From contig CAVUZH010000013.1 in the NCBI GenBank assembly GCA_963745835.1, forward strand, positions 320,001 through 384,000: a stretch of 64,000 nt of DNA. Reading direction: 5' to 3'. Below are positions 42,501-50,975 of this stretch, in pieces. Made by a program: the position numbers and the translations under genes. Every line of letters starts with the position of its first letter. Within the stretch, counting starts at the first letter, position 1. The notes under the pieces were generated by a model. The model was not told where the DNA came from, did not search any database, and saw only the letters and a program-made list of their open reading frames with translations. This DNA is from an uncultured delta proteobacterium (GTDB taxonomy: Bacteria > Desulfobacterota > Binatia > UBA9968).

Positions 42501-44322
42501 CGTTCCCCGCCTTGAGGACACCGAGGAGCGCGACAAGCATTTCCAAAGACCGGTCTACACAGACCCCCACCGACGTTTCGGGCCCTAGACCCAAACGAAT
42601 CAGGTAGTGGGCGAGTTGATTGGCCCGCTGATTGAGATCTCGGTAGGTGAGCTGCTCTCCCCTGAATTCAACCGCTATTACCGCCGGCGTACGTTCAACC
42701 TGTTCCTCGAATAACGTATGTATGCACTTGTCTATTGGATACTCTGCGGCTGTATCGTTCCATTCGATAAGCAATTGATGGCGCTCCGCTTCTGTAAGGA
42801 GCGGCAACGTAGAAATACCTTGATCTCTGTCTGTGACTACTGCCTTCAGGAGAGTTTGAAGGTGCCCCGTCATCCGTTGAATTGTGGAGCTATCGAAAAG
42901 ATCCGTGCTGTACTCGACATGTCCGATAAACTTGCCATCGCGCTCTCTGAGATAAAGCGATAAATCAAACAGCGATCGGCCGGTTTCGAATTCAATCGGC
43001 TCAATCTGCATGCCTTCGAGTGCTGATATGCCTCTGATTGCATTCTGCAGCGCGAACATGACTTGAAAGAGCGGATTGCGGCTCTGGTCACGTTCCGGCT
43101 GTAATTCTTGGACGAGCTTCTCGAAAGGAAGGTCTTGATGCTCTTGCGCATCAACACAAACCGCACGAACACGGGACAGCAATTCTCTAAAGGTCGGATT
43201 ACCTGATAGATCAGTCCGCAATACCAGCGTGTTCACAAGAAAGCCAATAAGAGGCTCCAGTTCAGGCCGGACGCGATTCGCGATCGGCGAACCAACAACG
43301 ATGTCCTCCTCTCCGGTATACCGGTAGAGCAAAAGTTGAAAGGCGGCGAGCAAGGTCATAAATGGCGTGACGCCGCATTCATTGCTCAATTCATTGATGG
43401 CCGCGGTTAGCGATTCCGGGAGGGTTATTGACAGTCTCGCGCCACGAAAGCTCTGTCTTAGCGGTCGTGAGCGGTCGGTGGAAAGATTAAGGATCGGCAG
43501 ATCGGCTAGCTGCTTTTTCCAATAGGAGATCTGCGAGTTAAGCACGGTTCCTTGCAACCATTCGCGTTGCCAGATGGCAAAATCCGCGTACTGGATCGGC
43601 AGTTCTTCGAGCTCAGACGATTTGTCCGCAGTGTACGTTTTATACAGAGACCAGAGTTCCCGTGACAGAATCCCCATCGACCACGCGTCGGATACGATAT
43701 GATGCGTGGCAAGAACCAGGATGTGCTCGTCATTGGCAACCCGAAGTACTTCGGCTCGAAGAAACATTCCTGCAGCAAAATCATAAGGGTTCTCGGCGGT
43801 TTCCTGAATTCGCCGTCGTATCTCTGCTTCACGATCAGCTTCAGGCGTTTGATGGAGGTCAACCACCGCGAGCTTAAAAGTAGCGGGAGGTTGGACAACT
43901 TGGAGAGGTCGCCCGTCTGCCAACTTGATCGTGGAACGCAGGACCTCGTGCCGCCGCAGGATCTCATTGAGGCTCCACTCCAACGCGGCGACATTGAGGC
44001 CTCCAGCGAGGCGCCAAGCACGGCACAGGTTGTAAATCGTGCCGCACGGGTCCAGTTGCTCCACGAACCAAAGCCGCTCCTGAGAGAATGATAACGGCGC
44101 AGGGCCGCCGTCAGTTCGCCTTGTGATAGGTGGAGGTATAAACCGGGCTGATGGTTGAAAACTGCGCAGGAACTCGAATAATTCCTGTTTGCGGGCCGCA
44201 ATTTGCGACCGGAGTTGTTTGGTCAGTTTGTTTTTCGGGGCGCTAACGCGTAGACGTTCACCTTTCGCGCTAAGCCTAACATCTTGAGTCTGAAGATAGG
44301 CGACGAACTCCGCAGTATTTAT
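39565..44322 (-). CDS. NRPS-2: beta-hairpin (TubC-N-like) docking domain-C-A(Ala predicted)-T-C
   Basis: Frame open from ATA 44322; PLSFSQERLW, HHIVSDAWS, YTSGSTGRPKG, YGPSE, LGGHSLL, terminal HHIISDAWS; no TE. Confidence 0.9.
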   Translation of the reverse strand: MNTAEFVAYLQTQDVRLSAKGERLRVSAPKNKLTKQLRSQIAARKQELFEFLRSFQPSARFIPPPITRRTDGGPAPLSFSQERLWFVEQLDPCGTIYNLCRAWRLAGGLNVAALEWSLNEILRRHEVLRSTIKLADGRPLQVVQPPATFKLAVVDLHQTPEADREAEIRRRIQETAENPYDFAAGMFLRAEVLRVANDEHILVLATHHIVSDAWSMGILSRELWSLYKTYTADKSSELEELPIQYADFAIWQREWLQGTVLNSQISYWKKQLADLPILNLSTDRSRPLRQSFRGARLSITLPESLTAAINELSNECGVTPFMTLLAAFQLLLYRYTGEEDIVVGSPIANRVRPELEPLIGFLVNTLVLRTDLSGNPTFRELLSRVRAVCVDAQEHQDLPFEKLVQELQPERDQSRNPLFQVMFALQNAIRGISALEGMQIEPIEFETGRSLFDLSLYLRERDGKFIGHVEYSTDLFDSSTIQRMTGHLQTLLKAVVTDRDQGISTLPLLTEAERHQLLIEWNDTAAEYPIDKCIHTLFEEQVERTPAVIAVEFRGEQLTYRDLNQRANQLAHYLIRLGLGPETSVGVCVDRSLEMLVALLGVLKAGNAYVPLDPTYPKERLRFMLEDAQASVIVTQQKYFEGGQLSALTDQLQYVWIDRDWPVIELESPANPHPHASSGSLAYVIYTSGSTGRPKGVNIEHRNTVNLLYWGRTVYGNEDLEGVLASTSICFDLSVFEMFVPLCWGGKIVLIDNILRLVDLANTSGITLVNTVPSAMTALLSVAALPRSVRTVNLAGEPLHRELVKRIHELGTVNKVYDLYGPSETTTYSTFTLRTPDGPTTIGRPIANTQIYILDDFLQLVPVGVPGELYIGGAGVALGYWNKTELTTEHFPKESFVDGPKARLYRTGDRARYTRTGEIEFLGRIDHQVKVRGYRLELGEIEAVLSANPGIKECAVILQQRSTVNCDGVLVAYYTAEADAPSGTELRNLLQKKLPTYMIPSEFVPVVNMPFTFNGKVDRNALRLSNIEVPKPIHADVEPRNEIEQCMLQIWRDVLQHEGVGIHDNFFDLGGHSLLSIQIISKLKECFDREVPFSALFDSPTVAELSRKIEMLLNETGVPELPPIVRAPRSGPAPVSVNQEFIWQIDQMFPGTDLFNMPYVYHLSGAVDSEMLEKALKEIVVRHEALRTVFAVVDGRPVQIIKDETDFHCAHIDLHQSSKKSLSQRAAKLILEERERPFDLATGPLLRTCLLRLSVPASLLVVTVHHIISDAWSMQLFRQELTVLYEAFIVGRPSPLSNPSLQYGDYAVWERDILNSGLLDNQLSYWREQLANPHPSAIPSGRHKRITHRKVYNSQQQFELNGRRFELFKSRANNQNCTVFILFIAALKILIHYLTGKEDIRVATIVSNRRFLSCHATIGNFANTVLLRTRIRRDLSIDEAIKRVRETILAAQHNQAVPFEVLARTLPAEIVSDRNWRPRVIVMYERSTAQAPTPNAISIAPLSMQEPIQHVASTPTLYDVTFRVKEFSSNLTGSVTYSTDVFHLGVAAHVVDCLRQVMISISSISSSVAVGSLAPSIVLKPNKHV

Positions 44323-47300
44323 ATCTCGATCTCCTCTCGGTCCGTATCCTCCGTGCCAGATGTCGTGTCTGATTGTTCTATTCGAACGTCGATCTCTTTT
44401 GCAAGACCGTCAATGGTGGGAGACTCAAAAAAAGTGTGCAATCCAAGCTCCACACCAAAAACGTCTCTGATACGCGATATTGCCTGCGCCGCCAACAACG
44501 AATGCCCTCCAAGCCGAAAGAAGTTCTCTTCTATACCGACCTGCTCCCGACCCAGGACCTGACATAAGATAACGGCGAGCTTTGCTTCGACTGCGGTTCT
44601 GGTAGCAGTTGTTGCGCTCGCCGGCAATTGTTGAAGTCGCCTAACAGGCGGCAGCGCTTGATAATCAATCTTTCCGTTAGGAGTCAGCGGCAGCTGTTCC
44701 AATATGACCATATGTGCCGGAAGCATGTAATCGGGAAGTCTGGTACTCAGATACCCGTGCAACAGGTCCGCCGTGCTGGAAATTGGGTCATCAGCAGCGA
44801 CATAGGCAACCAAACGCTTATCGGATTTTTGATTTTCGATTTTGGATTTTGAATTCTCGGATATGCACTCGTTGAATTCCCTTACAACCACGGCTCCGTT
44901 TTTAACTACTGGGTGCTTTTTGAGAACGGATTCAATCTCCTCTAGCTCGACGCGAAAGCCGCGGATGTTAACTCGGCGATCGGTTCGACCCGCCCACTCA
45001 ACGTTGCCATCGGGCAGATATCGGGCCAGCTCACCGGTCCGGTAGAGCCGGTCATTCGAATTACTCGTGAATGGATTCGCTAGAAATTTTTCGCTGGTGA
45101 GGTTTTCGTCTCCTACATAGCCGGCAGCTAAATGCGGGCTGCGAACGTGAAGCTCGCCGAGCTCGCCAACGCCGGCTAACTGCCAACTCTTGTTGAGCAG
45201 CAATAGCTGAACGTCTTTGATACCTTTGCCCAAAGGAACTGGCCGATTGGCATCGGTGTTGGTCAGGGTGAAATCCCTGGGAATTTCGTAGTAGCCCACC
45301 GCGCGTTGGGTCTCCGTCGCGCCGTAGAAACAGCCAATCGTTGCGTTGGGCACCAGTGCTCGGATGCGCGCCACTTCCCCGCGGGTTAAAACATCGCCTC
45401 CAAAGAAGACCCGACGTATCGCAACTAGCGGCTGGTCAGCGGCGGCCAACAAAAGTTGGCCAAGAGCAGGGGTGAGATGCAGGACTGAAATTCCGTTCAC
45501 CCTCAACCATGCGGTCAACTGCGCGGGTTCTCTGACAATGTTGGACGGCGGGACGTAGAGCGTGGCTCCAAGATAAAGCGCCGTGAAGATGTCACGATGG
45601 AGATGATTGTAGGCGAGCCCGGAGAGCAGGCAAAAGCGATCCGTTTCACACAGTTCGAACGCTTCCTTTTGCCACGACAAGAAATGCGTGATCGGCCCGT
45701 GCCTACCGCGCACGCCTTTCGGCTCTCCCGTCGAACCGGATGTAAAGGCGATATACGCGGGATCATCGGCACCGACAATGACCTCTGGCGCGACATTGGG
45801 CTGCTGACTGACAAGGTCGAGAAGCGCCCGTTTGCCTCTCGGTAATTTCAGACGGAACGAAAGATTGTGAGTGTCCAGATACGTCCCGAGCTCTTCTGGT
45901 AAATGCCCTGCCGCCTCCATTTGGATCCAGCCCCATGAATCCGAGATTCGTAAATAGGCAGTCAATCGGGCGGATGGGTATGCCGGATCGAGAATGACGA
46001 AAGCCGCGCCGGCTTTAATTATCCCGAGCAAGACTACGACGAGCTCAGAACTCCTTTGCGCATAAATGGCAACGACATCCCTCGGTTTAATCCCTTGCGC
46101 GACCATGTAGTTCGAAAGTTGGTTGCTGCAGATTTCTATCTCACGGTAAGTCCAAGTTTCTTCCCAATCGATTGCCGCCAGCCGATCCGGCGCGCGTTCA
46201 GCCCATTGCGCAACATACGCATAAATAGGTCCGTGCCAGGTATCATCAAGGGGCTCAGTCGGATCGGGAACCTGCGGCGGCATTGAGGGCAGCAATAGCG
46301 TATATTCGGCGATGCTCACTTGAGGCCTTTCTGCAAGTTGCGAGAGAAGATATCTGAGTTGCTCGAGCATTATGCAAATCCGAGATTCAGAGAACAGATC
46401 TGCGTTGTACACGATCGCGAGTTCTATCGCAGCGTCTTTTTCTGGCGCATAAAGAGTGATGTCAAATTTGGCCTCTGGATCGATAAACGATTCCTTTTTT
46501 ACTTCGCAGCCAGCAAGTTGCAGCACCCGTTCCGTCACGTCGGCCATGTTGAACATGATCTGGAACAAGGGATTACGGCTCAAATCACGGTTTGGATTAA
46601 TCGCCTCGACGATTCGTTCAAAGGGCGCATCCTGATGCGTGTACGCGCCTAAGCAGACTTCGTGGACACGCTTCAATAGTTCCAAAAAGCTCGGGTCGCC
46701 CCAGAGATCGGTGCGCAAAGGCAGCGCGTTGATGAAGAACCCGATGAGCCCCTCGGTTTCAGCACGGCTGCGCCCCGCGATGGTTGATCCAATGACCACA
46801 TCATCTTGTCCGGAGTAACGCGAGAGCAGAAGTTGGAATGCGGCGAGCAGTGTCATGAAAACAGTGATACCTTCCCGCCGGCTTAGCTGTTTGAGTGAGT
46901 CAGTCAATTCCTTCGAAAGAGACAGACATTTGCGAACTCCACGAGAGGTTTGCATCGCCGGTCGCGGGTAATCTGCCGGAATGCAAAGTGGCGTCAGGTC
47001 AGCAAGTTGCCGTTCCCAGTACTCCAGTTCTGTCCCTAATACGGCGCCATGGAGCACGTCCCTTTGCCATATTGCATAGTCAGCGTACTGGACTAGCAGT
47101 GGCGGTAACGGATTCGCTTGACCGCTGATGAAAGCCTGGTACAAAGTTCCAAGTTCCTTATAGAGCACGGCCATAGACGAGCCGTCGAGGACTGTATGAT
47201 CAAAGTTCAAAAGCAAGTAGTGTTTGTCTTGATCGACTCTTATTATCTTTGCCCTGACGAGTGGCCCGTTTCGAAGATCGAAAGGCTTACGTGCCTCTTG

Positions 47301-49283
47301 TAATAAGATTTCGCGCACCGCCACGTGCCGTGAATCCGGGCTGAGTTCTGCAACCTCGGAACTCGACAACTCTAATCTAAGAGAAGGCCTAATCTTCTGA
47401 ATCAGGCTGCCATCTACCAAATCAAATGTCGTTCGCAGAATCTCATGGCGAGCGACAATGGTATTGAGAGCAGCTTCAAGAGCGGGAACGTCGAAGGGCC
47501 CGCGGATGGAGAATGCGGCAGGGATATTGTAAGCGGTTGAACCAGGATCCACCTCGCGTAAAAGCCACAGGCGCTGCTGCGCAAACGAAGCAGGGATCGG
47601 ACGATCCCGAGAAACCGCGACGATGGGCGAGATCCTCGTGCCACTCTGATCCTGAAGCAGGATTTTGAGATGATTGGCCAATCCAGCAACCGTCGGCGAT
47701 TCAAAGAGTTGTCGCAGGGGAAGGTCCACCGCAAAATTATTCCGTAATCTCGCGACCACTCTAGTTGCAAGCAATGAGTGACCGCCCAAATCGAAGAAAT
47801 TGTCGTGCACGCCGACCAGATCCAGCCTTAAGAGGTCGCGCCACACCTGAGCCACCATTTCCTCGATCTCAGTCCGAGGCGTAACAAGCTCACGATCTAG
47901 TTCAGGCCGTATGCCGTCTGGTGGTGTCAATGCAGTTCGGTTTACTTTGCCATTGGGCGTGAGCGGCAGGTTGTCAACGATTATGAATGTTGATGGAACC
48001 ATGTATTCGGGCAGTTTTTCTTTCAGGTAGCCACGCAATTCACCAACAGAAGGTGCCGCTTGCTGCTTTGCCACGACATACGCAATCAACGATTTTGGAT
48101 TTTTGATTTTGAATTTTGGATTCTCGAAAAGATCCGAATGCGCAATGACTACACTGGTTTTCACAGCCGGATGTTGATTCAGTGCCGCTTCGATTTCGCC
48201 CAGCTCTACGCGATGACCGCGGATCTTGACCTGGTTGTCGAGCCGACCGAGAAATTCAATATTACCGTCGGCGAGATAACGCGCACGATCCCCCGTGTTG
48301 TACAATCGTTCTCCTTGTACGAACGGATTTGGTACAAACTTCTCCTCGGTCAACTCCGGTCGATTCCAGTAGCCTCGCGCTAAGCCACCGCCGCCGATAT
48401 AAAGCTCGCCTTGAACACCAGAGGGCACCAGCTCTAAGTGGGTATCCAAAATATAGCTCTGCGTATTTGCTATCGGACGGCCGATGGGAACTGCGACGCC
48501 GCCGCTTTTGACCTTGTGAATCGTACACCAGATGGTACTTTCGGTTGGCCCATACAGGTTCCAGACATTGCCGCGCACAAGCAGCGCATCCGCCAATTCT
48601 CTGGACATCGGCTCACCGCCGCAGAGTATTTTGAAGGTCTGGGAACCTCTCCATCCCGCTTCAATTAATAGGTCCCAGGTGGACGGTGTCGCTTGCATGG
48701 TTGTGGCCGAAGTTTCTCTAAGGCGATGCAGCAACTCACTTCCGTCGCCCGCTTCTTCACGCGCCGCCACGGCGACGGTGCCTCCAAAAAGCAGCGGTAA
48801 ATAGATTTCCAATGCAGCTATATCGAAAGAAATCGTGGTGACCGCTAATAGCACGTCCCTCTTCGTAAACCCGAGCCGCTCGGCCATTGAATGGAGACAG
48901 TTGACTATGGACCGGTGTAATACCTGAACGCCCTTTGGTTTCCCCCTCGATCCGGAAGTATAGATCACGTAAGCGAGATTATCCGAAGTAAGCGGCACGT
49001 TTGGATTCTGGTTGCTGCACGCTTCTATTGACGCGCAATCACGATCCAAGCACACATAGACAGGCTCCGCGCTGATGCCTGATAGCTCACAGCTCCTTAT
49101 CAGCTTTTCTTGTGTCACCACCACGGAGACGTTGGCATCCTCCAACATGAAAGCCAGGCGCTCTTTCGGATAGGCCGGGTCTAGCGGCACATAACCAGCA
49201 CCCGCCTTGAGAATTGCCAATAATCCAACAACCATGTCCACTGATCGATCGAAGTAGATCCCAACCAGCCTCTCTGGGCCCAT
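44319..49283 (-). CDS. NRPS-1, intact C-terminal part: A(Gly predicted)-T-C-A(LYS2-like)-T; ends in docking SLiM REEIEI
   Basis: YTSGSRGKPKG, SFDIAALE, YGPTESTIW, two LGGHSLL carriers, DHTVLDG, FTSGSTGEPKG, YGATETQRAV; continues upstream through frameshifts to 52907. Confidence 0.92.
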   Translation of the reverse strand: MGPERLVGIYFDRSVDMVVGLLAILKAGAGYVPLDPAYPKERLAFMLEDANVSVVVTQEKLIRSCELSGISAEPVYVCLDRDCASIEACSNQNPNVPLTSDNLAYVIYTSGSRGKPKGVQVLHRSIVNCLHSMAERLGFTKRDVLLAVTTISFDIAALEIYLPLLFGGTVAVAAREEAGDGSELLHRLRETSATTMQATPSTWDLLIEAGWRGSQTFKILCGGEPMSRELADALLVRGNVWNLYGPTESTIWCTIHKVKSGGVAVPIGRPIANTQSYILDTHLELVPSGVQGELYIGGGGLARGYWNRPELTEEKFVPNPFVQGERLYNTGDRARYLADGNIEFLGRLDNQVKIRGHRVELGEIEAALNQHPAVKTSVVIAHSDLFENPKFKIKNPKSLIAYVVAKQQAAPSVGELRGYLKEKLPEYMVPSTFIIVDNLPLTPNGKVNRTALTPPDGIRPELDRELVTPRTEIEEMVAQVWRDLLRLDLVGVHDNFFDLGGHSLLATRVVARLRNNFAVDLPLRQLFESPTVAGLANHLKILLQDQSGTRISPIVAVSRDRPIPASFAQQRLWLLREVDPGSTAYNIPAAFSIRGPFDVPALEAALNTIVARHEILRTTFDLVDGSLIQKIRPSLRLELSSSEVAELSPDSRHVAVREILLQEARKPFDLRNGPLVRAKIIRVDQDKHYLLLNFDHTVLDGSSMAVLYKELGTLYQAFISGQANPLPPLLVQYADYAIWQRDVLHGAVLGTELEYWERQLADLTPLCIPADYPRPAMQTSRGVRKCLSLSKELTDSLKQLSRREGITVFMTLLAAFQLLLSRYSGQDDVVIGSTIAGRSRAETEGLIGFFINALPLRTDLWGDPSFLELLKRVHEVCLGAYTHQDAPFERIVEAINPNRDLSRNPLFQIMFNMADVTERVLQLAGCEVKKESFIDPEAKFDITLYAPEKDAAIELAIVYNADLFSESRICIMLEQLRYLLSQLAERPQVSIAEYTLLLPSMPPQVPDPTEPLDDTWHGPIYAYVAQWAERAPDRLAAIDWEETWTYREIEICSNQLSNYMVAQGIKPRDVVAIYAQRSSELVVVLLGIIKAGAAFVILDPAYPSARLTAYLRISDSWGWIQMEAAGHLPEELGTYLDTHNLSFRLKLPRGKRALLDLVSQQPNVAPEVIVGADDPAYIAFTSGSTGEPKGVRGRHGPITHFLSWQKEAFELCETDRFCLLSGLAYNHLHRDIFTALYLGATLYVPPSNIVREPAQLTAWLRVNGISVLHLTPALGQLLLAAADQPLVAIRRVFFGGDVLTRGEVARIRALVPNATIGCFYGATETQRAVGYYEIPRDFTLTNTDANRPVPLGKGIKDVQLLLLNKSWQLAGVGELGELHVRSPHLAAGYVGDENLTSEKFLANPFTSNSNDRLYRTGELARYLPDGNVEWAGRTDRRVNIRGFRVELEEIESVLKKHPVVKNGAVVVREFNECISENSKSKIENQKSDKRLVAYVAADDPISSTADLLHGYLSTRLPDYMLPAHMVILEQLPLTPNGKIDYQALPPVRRLQQLPASATTATRTAVEAKLAVILCQVLGREQVGIEENFFRLGGHSLLAAQAISRIRDVFGVELGLHTFFESPTIDGLAKEIDVRIEQSDTTSGTEDTDREEIEI
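44824..44858. repeat. Heptamer tandem repeat (GATTTTN x5) inside NRPS coding sequence
   Basis: GATTTTT GATTTTC GATTTTG GATTTTG AATTCTC; encodes ENSKSKIENQKS. Confidence 0.75.
48091..48125. repeat. Heptamer tandem repeat (GATTTTN x5) inside NRPS coding sequence
   Basis: GATTTTG GATTTTT GATTTTG AATTTTG GATTCTC; encodes ENPKFKIKNPKS. Confidence 0.75.
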
Positions 49284-49405
49284 CCCTAAACTGATCAGGT
49301 GCCATGCGAGCTGGTTGGCGCGAGCATTCAGTTCTCGGTAAGTCAGCTGTTGCTCTTGGAAGGTGACCGCAATTGCATCAGCAGAATTCTCGGTTTGCTC
49401 TTCGA

Positions 49406-50800
49406 TTAGCTCGTGGATGCATTTGCTTTTCGGATACTCCCGGCCGTGTCATTCCACTCAATGAGGAGTTGTTTCCTCTCCGCTGCAGTAAGAATAGGAT
49501 AGTCCGAGATTCGTCGATCTGGATTGTCGCTTACTTCCTTGAGCAGGGTTTGATAGTGGCCTACCATCCGTTCGATCGTATCGGGCTTGAACAAATCAGT
49601 GCTGTATTCAATCGAGCCAACTAGATGTTGATTTGATTCTTGCAACGATAAGGTCAGGTCAAATTTGGCCGTTCCGTTTTCTAGCTCTAAAGCTTCAGTT
49701 CGGACGCCATCAAGGCATAGCTCTTCAGCACCTGGTTCCTGCATTGCAAACATCACGTGAAATAAGGGGTTCCGGCCCAGATCCCGCGTTTGTACTGTTG
49801 CCTCCACGAGTTTCTCAAACGGGAGATCTCCATGCGCAAATGCCTCATGGCAGATGTTGCGAACCCGCAGGACTAAATCTCTAAACGAAGGATTTCCAGT
49901 CAGGTCCAGCCGTAGGGCCAGCGTCTTTACGAAAAATCCTATTAACTGCTGCAATTCTGGCTGGTATCGATTGGCAACCGGAGAGCCCACCACGATATCT
50001 TCTTGTTCGCTATAGCGTCGCAACAGTGTCGCAAATGTTGCGAGCAAAATAACAAAAAGAGAAACATTTTCTTTTCGGCTAAATTCTTTCAGGGCTGTGG
50101 TTAGACGACGATCGATGGCCAGTGACCACCTGGAACCTCGGAAGGATTGAACTTTCGATCGCGCTCGATCTGTCGGCAGGTTTAGCAGCAAAGGCGGTGC
50201 AGCAAATCGAGGTTGCCAATAATCGAGCAATGATCTAAGTCGGTCCCCCTGCAGCTCATTCCTCTGCCACCAAGCGTAATCACCGTACTGAATCGTCAAT
50301 TTGGCTAGAGTAGGTTCTTGACCCATGTGAAATCGGCCGTACAGCGCCTCTAACTCTCGGTACAAGAGGCTGACAGACTGTCCATCACAAACAATCTGAT
50401 GCAGCGAAAGAAAAATGAGCCACTCTTCGTCGTCCATTCGTAGCAAAACGACTCTGATTAGGGGCCCATCGAGTAAGTCGAACGGTTTGTGTGCTGCGCA
50501 GTAGCGATGCGTGAGCCTTCGGTTTTAAGATCCTGCACAGGAAGTTCCGGAGATCGAGCACGGAAACATCCAAATGGACGCTTGGTCAATTACCTGTACA
50601 GGTTTTTCGCTGGCGCTGGAAAGTGTCGTTCGCAGGACACGTGATGGCGAATGATTTCGTTGAGACTTTGAGTGAGCGCATCGACGTCACGGTACCTTCG
50701 CAAGCAATGGAATTTTGGAAATATTGTAGACGGGACCGCCTGGCTGTAGTTGAAAAGAAACCACAGTTGTTGGTGACGAAAGGTAAGATGCTGGGTCATC
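49406..50800 (-). pseudogene. NRPS-1 first condensation domain, frameshifted fragments
   Basis: QQLWFL in ORF 50590..50799; HQIVCDG, IQYGDYA, IGFFVKTL, AKFDL, LLIEWNDT in ORF 49406..50446. Confidence 0.8.
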
Positions 50801-50975
50801 CCCTAGCGATGTTGTCTCTATTTTTCTGGGCTGCTGCTCCGTGAAGAACCCGTGTTCCTGTTGCAGCAAGATGAATAGAGTTCGCGTCCGGCGAGACGAT
50901 GTTCTTTCGAACATTGTCCGACGAGTCATCAGGCACGACCTCCAAGCATCCCTCTCCGCTCCTCCAGTGGTTTCT

